Source: Deltaproteobacteria bacterium
Lineage (GTDB): Bacteria; Desulfobacterota; GWC2-55-46; JAJCZF01
DNA: 64,000 bases
Direction of reading: 5' to 3'
Assembly (NCBI GenBank): GCA_029262535.1
Contig: JAJCZF010000082.1
Coordinates: 31,270-95,269, forward strand
The notes beneath the pieces were generated by a model. The model was not told the origin of the DNA and made no database searches. It was given only the letters and a program-made list of their open reading frames with translations. Numbering within the stretch: the first letter of the stretch is position 1; the number at the start of each line of letters is the position of its first letter. The translations under genes were made by a program, and so were the position numbers. Of this stretch, positions 9,082 through 18,284 are shown piece after piece.

Positions 9082-12000
9082 CTAAGCTGACCTTTCACGG
9101 GTCAATAAGAGCAACTCTACGACGGCTTCATAAACCTTCTCGGGCCACAGACGCGTCATACAGCGAACCTGAAACGGGCACTCGGTTGAGAGACTCTTAT
9201 AACAAGGTGAACAGTGTATGGCAGTAGAAATAACCAGAGAGTCGGGTCCAAGTGGATGCCTGACGGAGGGTAAAACCACGCCTGAGAAAAGCCCAAGGGT
9301 TGAGTTTCCTGTTATCGATGCAAGGTGGAGCGGCCAAAAATCGTGACCGATAAATATATCGCAATGTGAAGCGGTAGCCACAAGGTCTTCATGGGAAAGA
9401 TCACGCGACATAGTAAAGACCAACGCCTTTGATGAAATCATCTCAACAATCTCATCAATCATTCCCTTGTCTTCGGAACCTCCAAGCAATAAGACTCTCG
9501 CACTTCTACGTGATATAAGAAGGTCCGACAGGCGCGCTATATGCTCACGAGGCCACATCTCTATCTTTGAAGCGGCGCCGACATGAAACCCAACCACAAA
9601 CTCAGTACCCGAAGGCAGCTCAACTATCGCGTCCGTTAAAATATCCAAAGGCATTTTCGGGGTGTGAAGATTAAGTCGCAGCTCGCCGTCTGTTTTAACG
9701 CCCGCGGTATAATCAACCAGGAATAATAATTCTCTCGAAATATGGGCTTTACACGCAAGCCCGGCTCTCTCATCAAACGGTTTTATAGCTACTAGGGCGC
9801 TTGAGAGCCACTCATTGCTTTTGTCGAAATAATAAGCCGAGTAATAACGCGCCTGCACAAGTCTCAAAAAGTCAACAGGCTCTGGCGAAGCTGAAAAGTC
9901 GAAAGCCAGATGGAATTCTCGACCTACGAGCGCCTCCTCTAAGGGCCTTACATCTTCGCACCCCGAAAGATAAGGGCCTTGTGGAAGAGTAGGTTCTTTG
10001 AAATTTACGCAGATAAATTCATCCGCTATTGCTATCTTCTTATGATAATCAATCAATAATGAAGTGGTTAGAAATGTAATACGGGCTCTTGGAAAACGAG
10101 CTTTAACTCTTCTGAGAGCCGGTATGCAGAGAATGGAATCGGCTGCACTAGAAAGGTTTACTATCAATATCTCTTTTACAGATAAAGGGTCCTTAATAGC
10201 AGAGCCATGGAAATGATATGAACTCTTTGATCCAGAATCAGGTTCTAGAGAAGAGAGCACCACAGGCCTTTGATTGAGAGTTAAATTATCAGAGTCGAGC
10301 GTCAAGTTAGAGTTATAAAGCGGGTCGCCGAACTCGATAAGCTCGCGCCAACGATTCCACTGGAAGGGTTGGTCATCCGTAATCTTCATTCCTGCCCTGC
10401 TGCCAAGTTCCTTATGGAATAATACGGCATGCGGCGTCCATACGACACGCAACCCGGCACGAGTGAGCCTAAGGCAAAAATCAACATCATTACACTCTAC
10501 TCTAAGCTCCTCCTCAAGCCCTCCTACAAGCTCGAAATTCTTCTTGGAGACCATAACGCACGCAAATGTCACGGCCGAGACATTTCGCTCGGTAAATAAG
10601 AGACCGTGGCAAACGCCGCCTTCGTCTGGCGCAAACCTGAACGCGTGTCTGGAGTAACAGCCGTGGTCAACTAGAAATACGCCGGCGTGCTGTATGGTGC
10701 CGTCCTCATAGAGCAACTTGGCACCGACAATGCCTACATCAGGGCGCGCGACATGGACGAGCATAGACTCAATCCAGTCCTCGCTAATTACCTCCGTATC
10801 GTCGTTGAGAAAGAGAAGATAGTCGCCTAAAGCCTCTTTTGCGGCCATATTGTTCATATATGAAAAGTTAAACTCGCCATCGTACTCAATGCGCTTAAAC
10901 AAAACTCTCTCTCCAAGGAGGGAACTTATCTCTTCAACCGGCATCTTGCCCTTGCTGTTATCGACGATCACTATCTCGATTGAGGCGTAAGAGCTCTTTT
11001 CCACGATGGACCTAATGCAGGACCTGAGATTTTTTTCGGGATTCATATAAGGCGTAAGTATTATTATACTTACAAGTGGCGCGCTACTACCGAGAGAGCG
11101 TTTGATACGATAGATCCCGCTCTCTTCGCCAAGAGATACGTTACCGGTAATATCCCTTCGAGAGAGGGCATCTTCAATGGCCTTTATACCGCCCTTGCCA
11201 GTGCCCCTCGACCCGGTAGCGTTTGAAAAGAGCACACCGGCGACTCTCCCTATGGAATCGCTCTGCTCCGCGGCGCGAAGCAGGAGATCATATAGCCAGC
11301 ACGAACCGTCATCGATAGAGTCCGGGGCGGATTTTTTAAAAAGAGCGCGTTTCATATAAAAAGCACGTCCGATGTAGTTTATGGAAAGGAGCAGTTCCGG
11401 AGACCAGTCTGGCTTAAAGAATGGGGCGCATCTTACACCGTCCTTAAAGATATCGTCGTCGCTATAGACAAGCTCCAGCCTGGACTCAAGGTTGAACTTC
11501 ATGGCCACGCGAAAAAAAGCGTCGGGCCTTAATAGGTCACCGGGGTGCATAAAGGAGAAAAGATCCCCTCTTACGCTGGAAAGACTCTTATCTCGTTCGG
11601 AAGCCGGATAGATGACAACACTCTTTTGATCGGTAAGAGGCTTTAGCTCCTGTATGAGCGAGTAGGAAAGTTCACCTGAGTGAAAGAGCAAAAGCCTCCA
11701 TTTAACCCAGGTCTGTGCCTTTATAGAGTCCAGCGTTGCAAGAAGGGCAGTCTCCTCATCCGGGGCGAACGATATAGCAGGCCTGAAACACGGCGAATAC
11801 GAGAGTGCGTCAGCCTTCTCCCTGTACCAAGATAACATGCCAGGACCTGGCTCCGTAGAGTTAATATGTTCCTTATATGGATCCTGAAAATCTATCCGTA
11901 TTGCGACTTCTCGCGAATTTCCACGACCATCAACGGCTCGGACCTTGATGGTGTGCTGCCCGATATCAAGATCCGTATTAAGCGATGCGACAAGGAAAAA

Positions 12001-13971
12001 ACCTGAGTTTCCAGAAACCTTGATATGGGGATAGAGCGCCTCTATATCGGTACGCCTATACTCCATCGATGCCTCTCCGACCGGGCGATCGTCTAAATAG
12101 ACCTCAACACCGCTAAGACCGTGGCTGCTAATGGCCCAGCCTACCACCTCAATGGAGGAAGCGGTTACCATATGTGCATACTCACAGAACATTATCGGGC
12201 CGTCTACGTCGCTTATGAGACCGAGCTTCGCGTTAAGCCCTTCAAACTCAGACCTGCCAAGTTGTCCAAAAAAGGATTTTATGTTTTCGATCTTCATCAA
12301 ACGTAAAGCGCCGAGCGGGTCCTTGGTTATCGTAAGTATGACCTTTAAAGAGATACGAAATAGCATCGTAAAGATAAAGTTAAATGTAGAAAACTTTCTT
12401 CGCAGGTTAAAGAGAATATCAAGCCCTGAGCGAAGCGGTCCGGTCAGCTTCCAGCTTACAGAGTCGGTAAGCTTCTTTATTTCAGTTTCACGGTCGGCGA
12501 TAGTGTGCTTAAGAGATGCAAGCTCGCCAAAGAGGTCATCGGCCAGCACCGACTTTACGGCAAGTTTTCCGTCAAGCTCCGAGACGGCATCTTCCATGGC
12601 TATAGCGGTGCAACTTCCATAAATGGTAACACGCTTAATATCGCCGTGAATCGGCAGGTAGATAGATGGATAGGCGGTTCTGAATTCATAGGTAGAGTTC
12701 ACCGTTGAAGCGGCGTTAGAGGTCAAAAGGGATGGCTCTAGCGAGCGCTCTATCCCCGAAGCGTCGATATAGGTCACGGCGTTGAGCATTATATCGCAAA
12801 AGAGCCTCTTAACCGGGTCCCATCTAACGGCCCTGACTGTATCATAAGAGGATAAGTCAAAACTTATGGAGAAATCCTCAAGGGTAATACGCGTCGTCTG
12901 CTTTTGCGTACTTCCCGTATCATAACCATTTCCATTATCAACTAAAAGACTAGTCTCGACCCACTCGGAACCGATATTCATGATATCGAACTCTCCGGCA
13001 AGCTTTATCAGGTCGCGGCTGGTAAAGCCGGTGGCGTCGGAGATCTTACGGGCTATATCGCCATCCTTAAAGATGTCATAAAAAGTCTCAATGGCGAACA
13101 TCTTATGGGTCTTATGCGGCACTTTCCATGCTTCCATCGCAACTAGAAAGGGTATAAGGTCCTCATCTTTCACTTCCGTCCCCTCCGTGCGAGCGTCGGG
13201 GAATATCTTGTAAAACTCATCGAGACTAGCTATCTCAAGGTAATTCTTCAGTATCTCAAGCTTCTCGAAGAAATCTCGTAAGATGACTTCTTTCCTGCCC
13301 CCACTCGCATTCATATCCCCCGAGAGCACCCTGTAGCCGATGAGTCCTTCCTGTATAATATGTATATTGTACGTGAGACATATCTTTACCCATAGACATA
13401 GGTCGGCGAGCTGCGCCGTGTGCTCGGCATATAGGCCGAATTCATCATAACACTCGTAGCGGATCAGAAGAGAAGGATGGCACAAGCAGTTGCCCTTGTA
13501 AAAAAAATGGTTCAACCACTCGTGCCTGGTTCTGTTGGTGTGAGTAAAAAGATCATAAAAATAGTGGGAGCGATCAGTAAATTGATTGCCCTCTTCGTCT
13601 ATAAGTAAAGCAGTACTGAGTACGGCGGGAACTTGCGGATTTTCTTCTAGATAGGCTAACTGCTTTTCAAGCTTACCGGGCATAAAGATGTCATCGGAGT
13701 GGAGGATGGCAATATACTCTCCGCGAGACTCAGAGATACATCTGTTGATTGCGACCGTTCCCCCGACATTTACTTGGGAAACAAATAAACGTATCCTCGG
13801 ATCTGTATAGGCCCTTATCACCTCGACCGACCCGTCCGTGCTCTTATCGTCGACTATGACCAGTTCGAAATCTTCAAAAGACTGCGCAAGTACACTCTCT
13901 ATGGCAGCGCCAATGAATCTTTCGTGGTTGTATGACGGCATTATTACCGATATTTTAGGTGCGTTACCCAT
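9082..13971 (-). CDS. giant multi-domain glycosyltransferase (N-terminal GT2, unknown region, coiled-coil-like segment, beta-sandwich-like module, degenerate GT2, GT2, full GT9-like domain)
   Basis: N-terminal GT2 ISVIMPSYNHERFIGAAIESVLAQSFEDFELVIVDDKSTDGS ... ILHSDD. Helical segment ELASLKHTIADRETEIKKLTDSVSWKLTGPLR. Second GT2 VSIIILTPYMNPEKNLRSCIRSIVEKSSYASIEIVIVDNS ... FLNDDTEVISEDW ... GAKLLYEDGTIQHAGVF. GT9 KEILIVNLSSAADSILCIPALRRVKARFPRARITFL ... CSPCYKSLSTECPFQVRCMTRLWPEKV. Its stop abuts the start of the next gene at 9082/9081. Confidence 0.8.
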   Translation of the reverse strand: MGNAPKISVIMPSYNHERFIGAAIESVLAQSFEDFELVIVDDKSTDGSVEVIRAYTDPRIRLFVSQVNVGGTVAINRCISESRGEYIAILHSDDIFMPGKLEKQLAYLEENPQVPAVLSTALLIDEEGNQFTDRSHYFYDLFTHTNRTRHEWLNHFFYKGNCLCHPSLLIRYECYDEFGLYAEHTAQLADLCLWVKICLTYNIHIIQEGLIGYRVLSGDMNASGGRKEVILRDFFEKLEILKNYLEIASLDEFYKIFPDARTEGTEVKDEDLIPFLVAMEAWKVPHKTHKMFAIETFYDIFKDGDIARKISDATGFTSRDLIKLAGEFDIMNIGSEWVETSLLVDNGNGYDTGSTQKQTTRITLEDFSISFDLSSYDTVRAVRWDPVKRLFCDIMLNAVTYIDASGIERSLEPSLLTSNAASTVNSTYEFRTAYPSIYLPIHGDIKRVTIYGSCTAIAMEDAVSELDGKLAVKSVLADDLFGELASLKHTIADRETEIKKLTDSVSWKLTGPLRSGLDILFNLRRKFSTFNFIFTMLFRISLKVILTITKDPLGALRLMKIENIKSFFGQLGRSEFEGLNAKLGLISDVDGPIMFCEYAHMVTASSIEVVGWAISSHGLSGVEVYLDDRPVGEASMEYRRTDIEALYPHIKVSGNSGFFLVASLNTDLDIGQHTIKVRAVDGRGNSREVAIRIDFQDPYKEHINSTEPGPGMLSWYREKADALSYSPCFRPAISFAPDEETALLATLDSIKAQTWVKWRLLLFHSGELSYSLIQELKPLTDQKSVVIYPASERDKSLSSVRGDLFSFMHPGDLLRPDAFFRVAMKFNLESRLELVYSDDDIFKDGVRCAPFFKPDWSPELLLSINYIGRAFYMKRALFKKSAPDSIDDGSCWLYDLLLRAAEQSDSIGRVAGVLFSNATGSRGTGKGGIKAIEDALSRRDITGNVSLGEESGIYRIKRSLGSSAPLVSIIILTPYMNPEKNLRSCIRSIVEKSSYASIEIVIVDNSKGKMPVEEISSLLGERVLFKRIEYDGEFNFSYMNNMAAKEALGDYLLFLNDDTEVISEDWIESMLVHVARPDVGIVGAKLLYEDGTIQHAGVFLVDHGCYSRHAFRFAPDEGGVCHGLLFTERNVSAVTFACVMVSKKNFELVGGLEEELRVECNDVDFCLRLTRAGLRVVWTPHAVLFHKELGSRAGMKITDDQPFQWNRWRELIEFGDPLYNSNLTLDSDNLTLNQRPVVLSSLEPDSGSKSSYHFHGSAIKDPLSVKEILIVNLSSAADSILCIPALRRVKARFPRARITFLTTSLLIDYHKKIAIADEFICVNFKEPTLPQGPYLSGCEDVRPLEEALVGREFHLAFDFSASPEPVDFLRLVQARYYSAYYFDKSNEWLSSALVAIKPFDERAGLACKAHISRELLFLVDYTAGVKTDGELRLNLHTPKMPLDILTDAIVELPSGTEFVVGFHVGAASKIEMWPREHIARLSDLLISRRSARVLLLGGSEDKGMIDEIVEMISSKALVFTMSRDLSHEDLVATASHCDIFIGHDFWPLHLASITGNSTLGLFSGVVLPSVRHPLGPDSLVISTAIHCSPCYKSLSTECPFQVRCMTRLWPEKVYEAVVELLLLTRERSA

Positions 13972-13980
13972 ATCAGGAAC

Positions 13981-14688
13981 CTACACAACCCTATCGTTTG
14001 GCTTGATACTTTTTATGAACTTAAACGATTGAGGGCCGCAGTTAAAGATAATATCCAAGGTAGAGAGTCCTTTCTCAAACGGAGGGTATAGCTGCGGATA
14101 CTCGGAGTACTCATACCCCTTCCACTCAAGCCCGATACCCGCCTTTTTAAACTTATCCACCTCGATATAATCCTTTGCCGCAGGGCCGACAAGGTAGCTA
14201 TCGGCCCCAACTTTATCGATAATATCCAGTATCCTGTCGGTACGGCTCCCTTCGGATGCAATGTCGCGTGACATCTTGATCTCGGTCTTAATATCAAGCA
14301 CCGACATCATCCATTTAATAAGTGCTATGTTGAGTTCACTCAACCTCTCGTGGCGCTCGTTGAGTATATTGAAAAACTGCTCGGCATAAGGTTCGTAAAA
14401 AGGCGCCTTAGAGTAAGAGAGGCTTATTGTTTTCGTATGCTTCCTGACCCAATCCTTTGAGTAGTCAATCTTGACGCTCTCTATCCTTGTATCAGTGTCG
14501 TTCCTACTGAAGAGCACCGGCACGGTTAGCCACAGAGGACCGTTCTGAGTTTTTATCTTATTGCGGTTTCTCCAATCCTTACGCGTGTACTGCACATCAT
14601 CGTAAAAGATGAAGAGGTCCGAATCATCTATAAAATCCATATAACCAACCCATGGAAGGTAGTTGGACTGTATCATACCGAGCTTCAC
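13981..14688 (-). CDS. WbqC-family protein (function unknown; found in amino-sugar and O-antigen clusters)
   Basis: N-terminus MKLGMIQSNYLPWVGYMDFIDDSDLFIFYDDVQYTRKDWRNRNKI matches my recollection of the WbqC-like family. 4-nt start/stop overlap with the upstream radical SAM gene. Confidence 0.65.
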   Translation of the reverse strand: MKLGMIQSNYLPWVGYMDFIDDSDLFIFYDDVQYTRKDWRNRNKIKTQNGPLWLTVPVLFSRNDTDTRIESVKIDYSKDWVRKHTKTISLSYSKAPFYEPYAEQFFNILNERHERLSELNIALIKWMMSVLDIKTEIKMSRDIASEGSRTDRILDIIDKVGADSYLVGPAAKDYIEVDKFKKAGIGLEWKGYEYSEYPQLYPPFEKGLSTLDIIFNCGPQSFKFIKSIKPNDRVV

Positions 14689-15677
14689 TTATTCTCCCCG
14701 GAGAAGACCTTCATCATATCGGAATAGGAACGCCCCTCGTCGGGCCACCTCATGGCAGACCAGTCCGGGCACTGCCCACAAAATTCATGAGAGGAGAAGT
14801 CATTATTAAGATGCGCCTCTCTAAGTTTATTCATAAATTCGCCCTGCCAAATTTCTTTTATTGTAAAGTCTTTGAGATTGGCTATCTTCGCCTTATATTC
14901 CCAGTCGGCCGGACAGAAGCCGATCTGCCCGGTAGGACTCAAGACCAGCCTCTCCCATGGGTAAAGGCACGGCTTTCTCTTTACACCCTCGTTATCGCGC
15001 TTCATGCGCTCGGCAACATCCTCAATAGCGCCTGAACAAGAGTGAATGCGCCTAATAACACAAAAATCAACGCCCGCCTCGTTCCAGAAACGCTCAAACT
15101 CATCGACTTCATGGGTATTTTCAGGCTGCTCTACGAAACTAACAACCACTTTGGTCTTATAAGAATTCTTTTTAACGAGATCTATCAGGCCTAATACATT
15201 GGCCCTGGTGACATTAAGGTCGCCCTTTGCCCTTACCTTTGCATATGTTTCCGCGGAAAAGGCGTCGATGCTGATATCGAATACGTCAACCCCAGCCTCG
15301 ATGAGCAATATAGCCTTTTCGCGCGTCAGAAGCGTGCCGTTGGTCGTAACGTTAATCCTCGCGTCCGCATTCTTTGAGGCATATGCGATCATCTCGACCA
15401 GTTGCGGGTGAAGAAGCGTCTCGCCCTGAGCGGCGTACCTGAGATAGCGACAGATACCTTTTCCGTCTCTTCCTACCTCGTCTACCATCTTTTTATGGAT
15501 CTCCGGGTCAAGGTGCCTGCCGGCAAATGCCTCGCCTTTTGTAAATAGCTGTTGCGGACAGTGGCGGCACGCTAGATTACAAAACTCGGTAATATCAATT
15601 ATTATCTGAGATGGAAATTCCGAACTCAGATGTTTTTGAAAGCCGTAGATTATGGGTTGCTCGCTATCATTCTTCAT
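14685..15677 (-). CDS. radical SAM enzyme with SPASM-type C-terminal Cys cluster
   Basis: CX3CX2C motif in FCNLACRHCPQ. C-terminal cysteines are CLYPWERLVLSPTGQIGFCPADW ... FCGQCPDW. No B12-binding domain is evident. Confidence 0.8.
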   Translation of the reverse strand: MKNDSEQPIIYGFQKHLSSEFPSQIIIDITEFCNLACRHCPQQLFTKGEAFAGRHLDPEIHKKMVDEVGRDGKGICRYLRYAAQGETLLHPQLVEMIAYASKNADARINVTTNGTLLTREKAILLIEAGVDVFDISIDAFSAETYAKVRAKGDLNVTRANVLGLIDLVKKNSYKTKVVVSFVEQPENTHEVDEFERFWNEAGVDFCVIRRIHSCSGAIEDVAERMKRDNEGVKRKPCLYPWERLVLSPTGQIGFCPADWEYKAKIANLKDFTIKEIWQGEFMNKLREAHLNNDFSSHEFCGQCPDWSAMRWPDEGRSYSDMMKVFSGENK

Positions 15678-16807
15678 CTTTTAAAATAAAACTCCTCTAC
15701 GGCCGCGGAGACAGTCTCCACCTCGTCGTAAGTAAAGTTATTATAGATAGGCAACCTCAGTAGCCTCTCGCTCTCTTTAGTCGTATAGTCGTCGTTTCCG
15801 TTAAATCGACCATAGGCCATACCGGCTCTGCTAGAATGCAAAGGCAGGTAATGAAAGTATGCCTGTACGCCGCGCCCATTAAGAAACTCTATGAGGCGTG
15901 TTCTTTCATCCAAATCCGCAGCCTTAATATAAAAGATATGTCCGTTATGGATAGATCCGCGCGGAACGGCGGGCCGCTCTATCGCCCCGCTGTCTGCAAG
16001 CGGCTTAAGGCACTCGGCATAGCGCTCCCAAAGGGCGACCCTTGCGCTCGTTAAACGCAGGGCGTTTTCAAGCTGCGCATAGAGAAAAGCGGCATTGAGT
16101 TCACTCGGGAGGTAGGACGAACCGACAGCGTGCCAGCTGTACTTCGCCACCTCCCCTCTGAAGAAACTCGATCTATTGGTCCCCTTCTCGCGTATAATCT
16201 CCGCTCGTTCAATGTAGCCGGGGTCGTTTACAAGTATAGCGCCGCCCTCGCCGCACTGAAAGTTCTTCGACTCGTGAAAACTCAAGGTTCCAAGAGCGCC
16301 AAAGGTGCCTATGGCGCGGCCTTTATATGTTGACATAAGTCCTTGCGCCGCATCCTCAACAACCGGGATCTGCAATCTCCCGGAAAGCTCCATAATCGTA
16401 TCCATCTCGGCCGATACCCCGGCGTAATGAACAGGCACTATCGCCTTTGTTTTCTCAGTTACGGCGGCCTCTATAAGTCTTTCGTCGATATTCATCGTCT
16501 CTGGCCTGATATCGACAAATACCGCCTTTGCGCCGCGAAGAATAAAAGCATTAGCCGTAGAGGAAAATGTAAAGGAGGGCATGATGACTTCGTCGCCCTC
16601 TTTTATGTCTAGAAGGAGAGCGGCCATCTCAAGGGCGTGCGTACAAGAAGTCGTAAGCATGGCGCTCGGCGCCCCGGTATTAGCACGAAGCCATGCGGCG
16701 CACTTTTTTGAAAATGCATGATCCCCGGAAAAAGCGCCGTCCGAGATCACCTGGGCGATATAGTCCTCCTCTTTTCCCGTTATGGTAGGTTTAAAGAACG
16801 GTATCAA
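15674..16807 (-). CDS. wecE: dTDP-4-amino-4,6-dideoxyhexose (Fuc4N-type) aminotransferase, WecE/RffA-like (DegT/DnrJ/EryC1 family)
   Basis: Near-collinear with E. coli WecE as I recall it. Shared blocks include MIPF..P, EVIMPSFTFSSTANAFILRGAKAVFVDIRPETMNIDE, VPVHYAGV, VVEDAAQGLMSTYKGRA, IIREKGTNRS.FFRG, FHYLPLHSS and TTKESERLLRLP. Confidence 0.85.
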   Translation of the reverse strand: MIPFFKPTITGKEEDYIAQVISDGAFSGDHAFSKKCAAWLRANTGAPSAMLTTSCTHALEMAALLLDIKEGDEVIMPSFTFSSTANAFILRGAKAVFVDIRPETMNIDERLIEAAVTEKTKAIVPVHYAGVSAEMDTIMELSGRLQIPVVEDAAQGLMSTYKGRAIGTFGALGTLSFHESKNFQCGEGGAILVNDPGYIERAEIIREKGTNRSSFFRGEVAKYSWHAVGSSYLPSELNAAFLYAQLENALRLTSARVALWERYAECLKPLADSGAIERPAVPRGSIHNGHIFYIKAADLDERTRLIEFLNGRGVQAYFHYLPLHSSRAGMAYGRFNGNDDYTTKESERLLRLPIYNNFTYDEVETVSAAVEEFYFKR

Positions 16808-16820
16808 CTCAATACCTCCT

Positions 16821-17351
16821 TCACTTAGTTACCTCCATTACCAGCCACGACTCTTTTCTGGACTCAAGGTTATTTAATTCGGGATGTTTGCTCTTCCTAA
16901 TCTTTCGCTTCTCTATCTTGGTAAAACCGACCTCTTTCAAGCGGCGGCGAAGCTCTACACCGTTATACATATGCTTGTGCCCCCAGTCTCTGAATGCCAT
17001 ATTTATCATCTCGGCTCTGTTTTGCAAGTAATCAAGATGATTGTCCTTGATCCACGACTGCTTCTTCCAGAAAAAGAAGTATCTGAACATAATGTAGTTA
17101 AGGCTCGGAACCGAAACCCTCATGACACCGCCGGGCTTTAACACCCTGCGGCACTCGGCAAGGAAGAAGAGCCCCTCTTCGATGGCCAGATGTTCAAGAA
17201 AGTGCTCGTGAAAGATGAAATCAACCATATTATCGTCAAAAGGCAGTGCTTCCCTGAGGTCGTGTTTCTTATCGACCTTCTCTGCATCAATATCTATATT
17301 ATACCAGCCTTCGATATAGTTTACCCCACAGGCGAGGTGCAACTTCAACAT
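16821..17351 (-). CDS. small SAM-dependent methyltransferase (Methyltransf_11/23-like)
   Basis: MLKLHLACGVNYIEGWYNIDI..., FHEHFLEHL, LKPGGVMRVSVP. The domain order and length fit small sugar or O-methyltransferases. Confidence 0.6.
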   Translation of the reverse strand: MLKLHLACGVNYIEGWYNIDIDAEKVDKKHDLREALPFDDNMVDFIFHEHFLEHLAIEEGLFFLAECRRVLKPGGVMRVSVPSLNYIMFRYFFFWKKQSWIKDNHLDYLQNRAEMINMAFRDWGHKHMYNGVELRRRLKEVGFTKIEKRKIRKSKHPELNNLESRKESWLVMEVTK

Positions 17352-17369
17352 ATGCGCTCCCTGCCTACT

Positions 17370-18284
17370 TCAAGTTTCATAACCAAACCTCTCAAGTGTC
17401 CCGGCGGCCTCCTCGGTAAGGGCCTTGATGTCTATATCGGTCCTCTTCTTCCACGCCCCTATACTGCCCTTGAAGAAGACATCCTTCTTATCTCCTTCCC
17501 AACTGCTAAAAGTCTTTGACTTGTAACCGGGAATCTCTCCACGAAACATACTCATATAGTCAATAAGATTTTCCGGATCAAGCATAGAGGGCTCAAAGCC
17601 CGCGCCAAGGTGCGCCAGGACGCGCTTTATCTCCGCTTCGGGGTTCAGGATCAGGTCTTCGTAACGGATAACGATATAAGAGTTCGGATATCTTCGGCCA
17701 AAGTCCTCTATCGTATTCACTTCTTCTTCCCACCTCTTTATATTTTCCAAAAGATTATCGGACCACCACGGGGTACGCGCAAAAGAGATGGCCACGTCTC
17801 GCCCGTCGCGGCAAATATGAACGACCTTCATCTCCGGCAAGAAGGTCCGCAACGTATCGAGTCTCTGCCCATACCACGGCGTTTGCTCCAGAAAGATATC
17901 CTTGCCGTATGAGTGGCATATGTGGTCGAAAAGCTCACGGGCTATCACGGCGGGGTCCCTTTGCGGATATTTTAAAGATTCAAAATGGCCGCGAAAGTCA
18001 AAGAACTCGCCAAGCAGATAAGGGCAATTCACTTCAAGCAATTTCAGAAGGTCCCCTGCGTCGTAACGTGCAAGCTCACCCGAGAGGAACTTGTCGTATA
18101 GCCGGTCTCCGTTATCCACGCTCACCAGAAACTGAAGCTCGTGCGGCACGCATATACGTGAATGCGAATTCAGCACCTGCGCTAGTATAGTAGTGCCGCA
18201 GCGCCCCGTGCCTACTATGAAGCCGGTCATTTCGGCGCTGCCCGCATAAGCTGCCGGTTCATTTTTCTTGAGAAAGCCGAACAT
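17370..18284 (-). CDS. PAPS-dependent sulfotransferase family protein
   Basis: 5'-PSB-like loop IVGTGRCGTTILAQVL and 3'-PB-like VHICRDGRDVAISF. The track ORF extends to 18323, but starts at 18284 (MFGFLKK) or 18230 (MTGFIVG) avoid or reduce the overlap with wzt. Confidence 0.7.
   Translation of the reverse strand: MFGFLKKNEPAAYAGSAEMTGFIVGTGRCGTTILAQVLNSHSRICVPHELQFLVSVDNGDRLYDKFLSGELARYDAGDLLKLLEVNCPYLLGEFFDFRGHFESLKYPQRDPAVIARELFDHICHSYGKDIFLEQTPWYGQRLDTLRTFLPEMKVVHICRDGRDVAISFARTPWWSDNLLENIKRWEEEVNTIEDFGRRYPNSYIVIRYEDLILNPEAEIKRVLAHLGAGFEPSMLDPENLIDYMSMFRGEIPGYKSKTFSSWEGDKKDVFFKGSIGAWKKRTDIDIKALTEEAAGTLERFGYET

Noticed and set aside
12131-12622. 163-aa plus-strand ORF, and several others of 60-130 aa, inside the giant glycosyltransferase genes
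   Set aside because: These are antisense shadow frames within long ORFs supported by GT2 and GT9 motifs. No motif was found in them.
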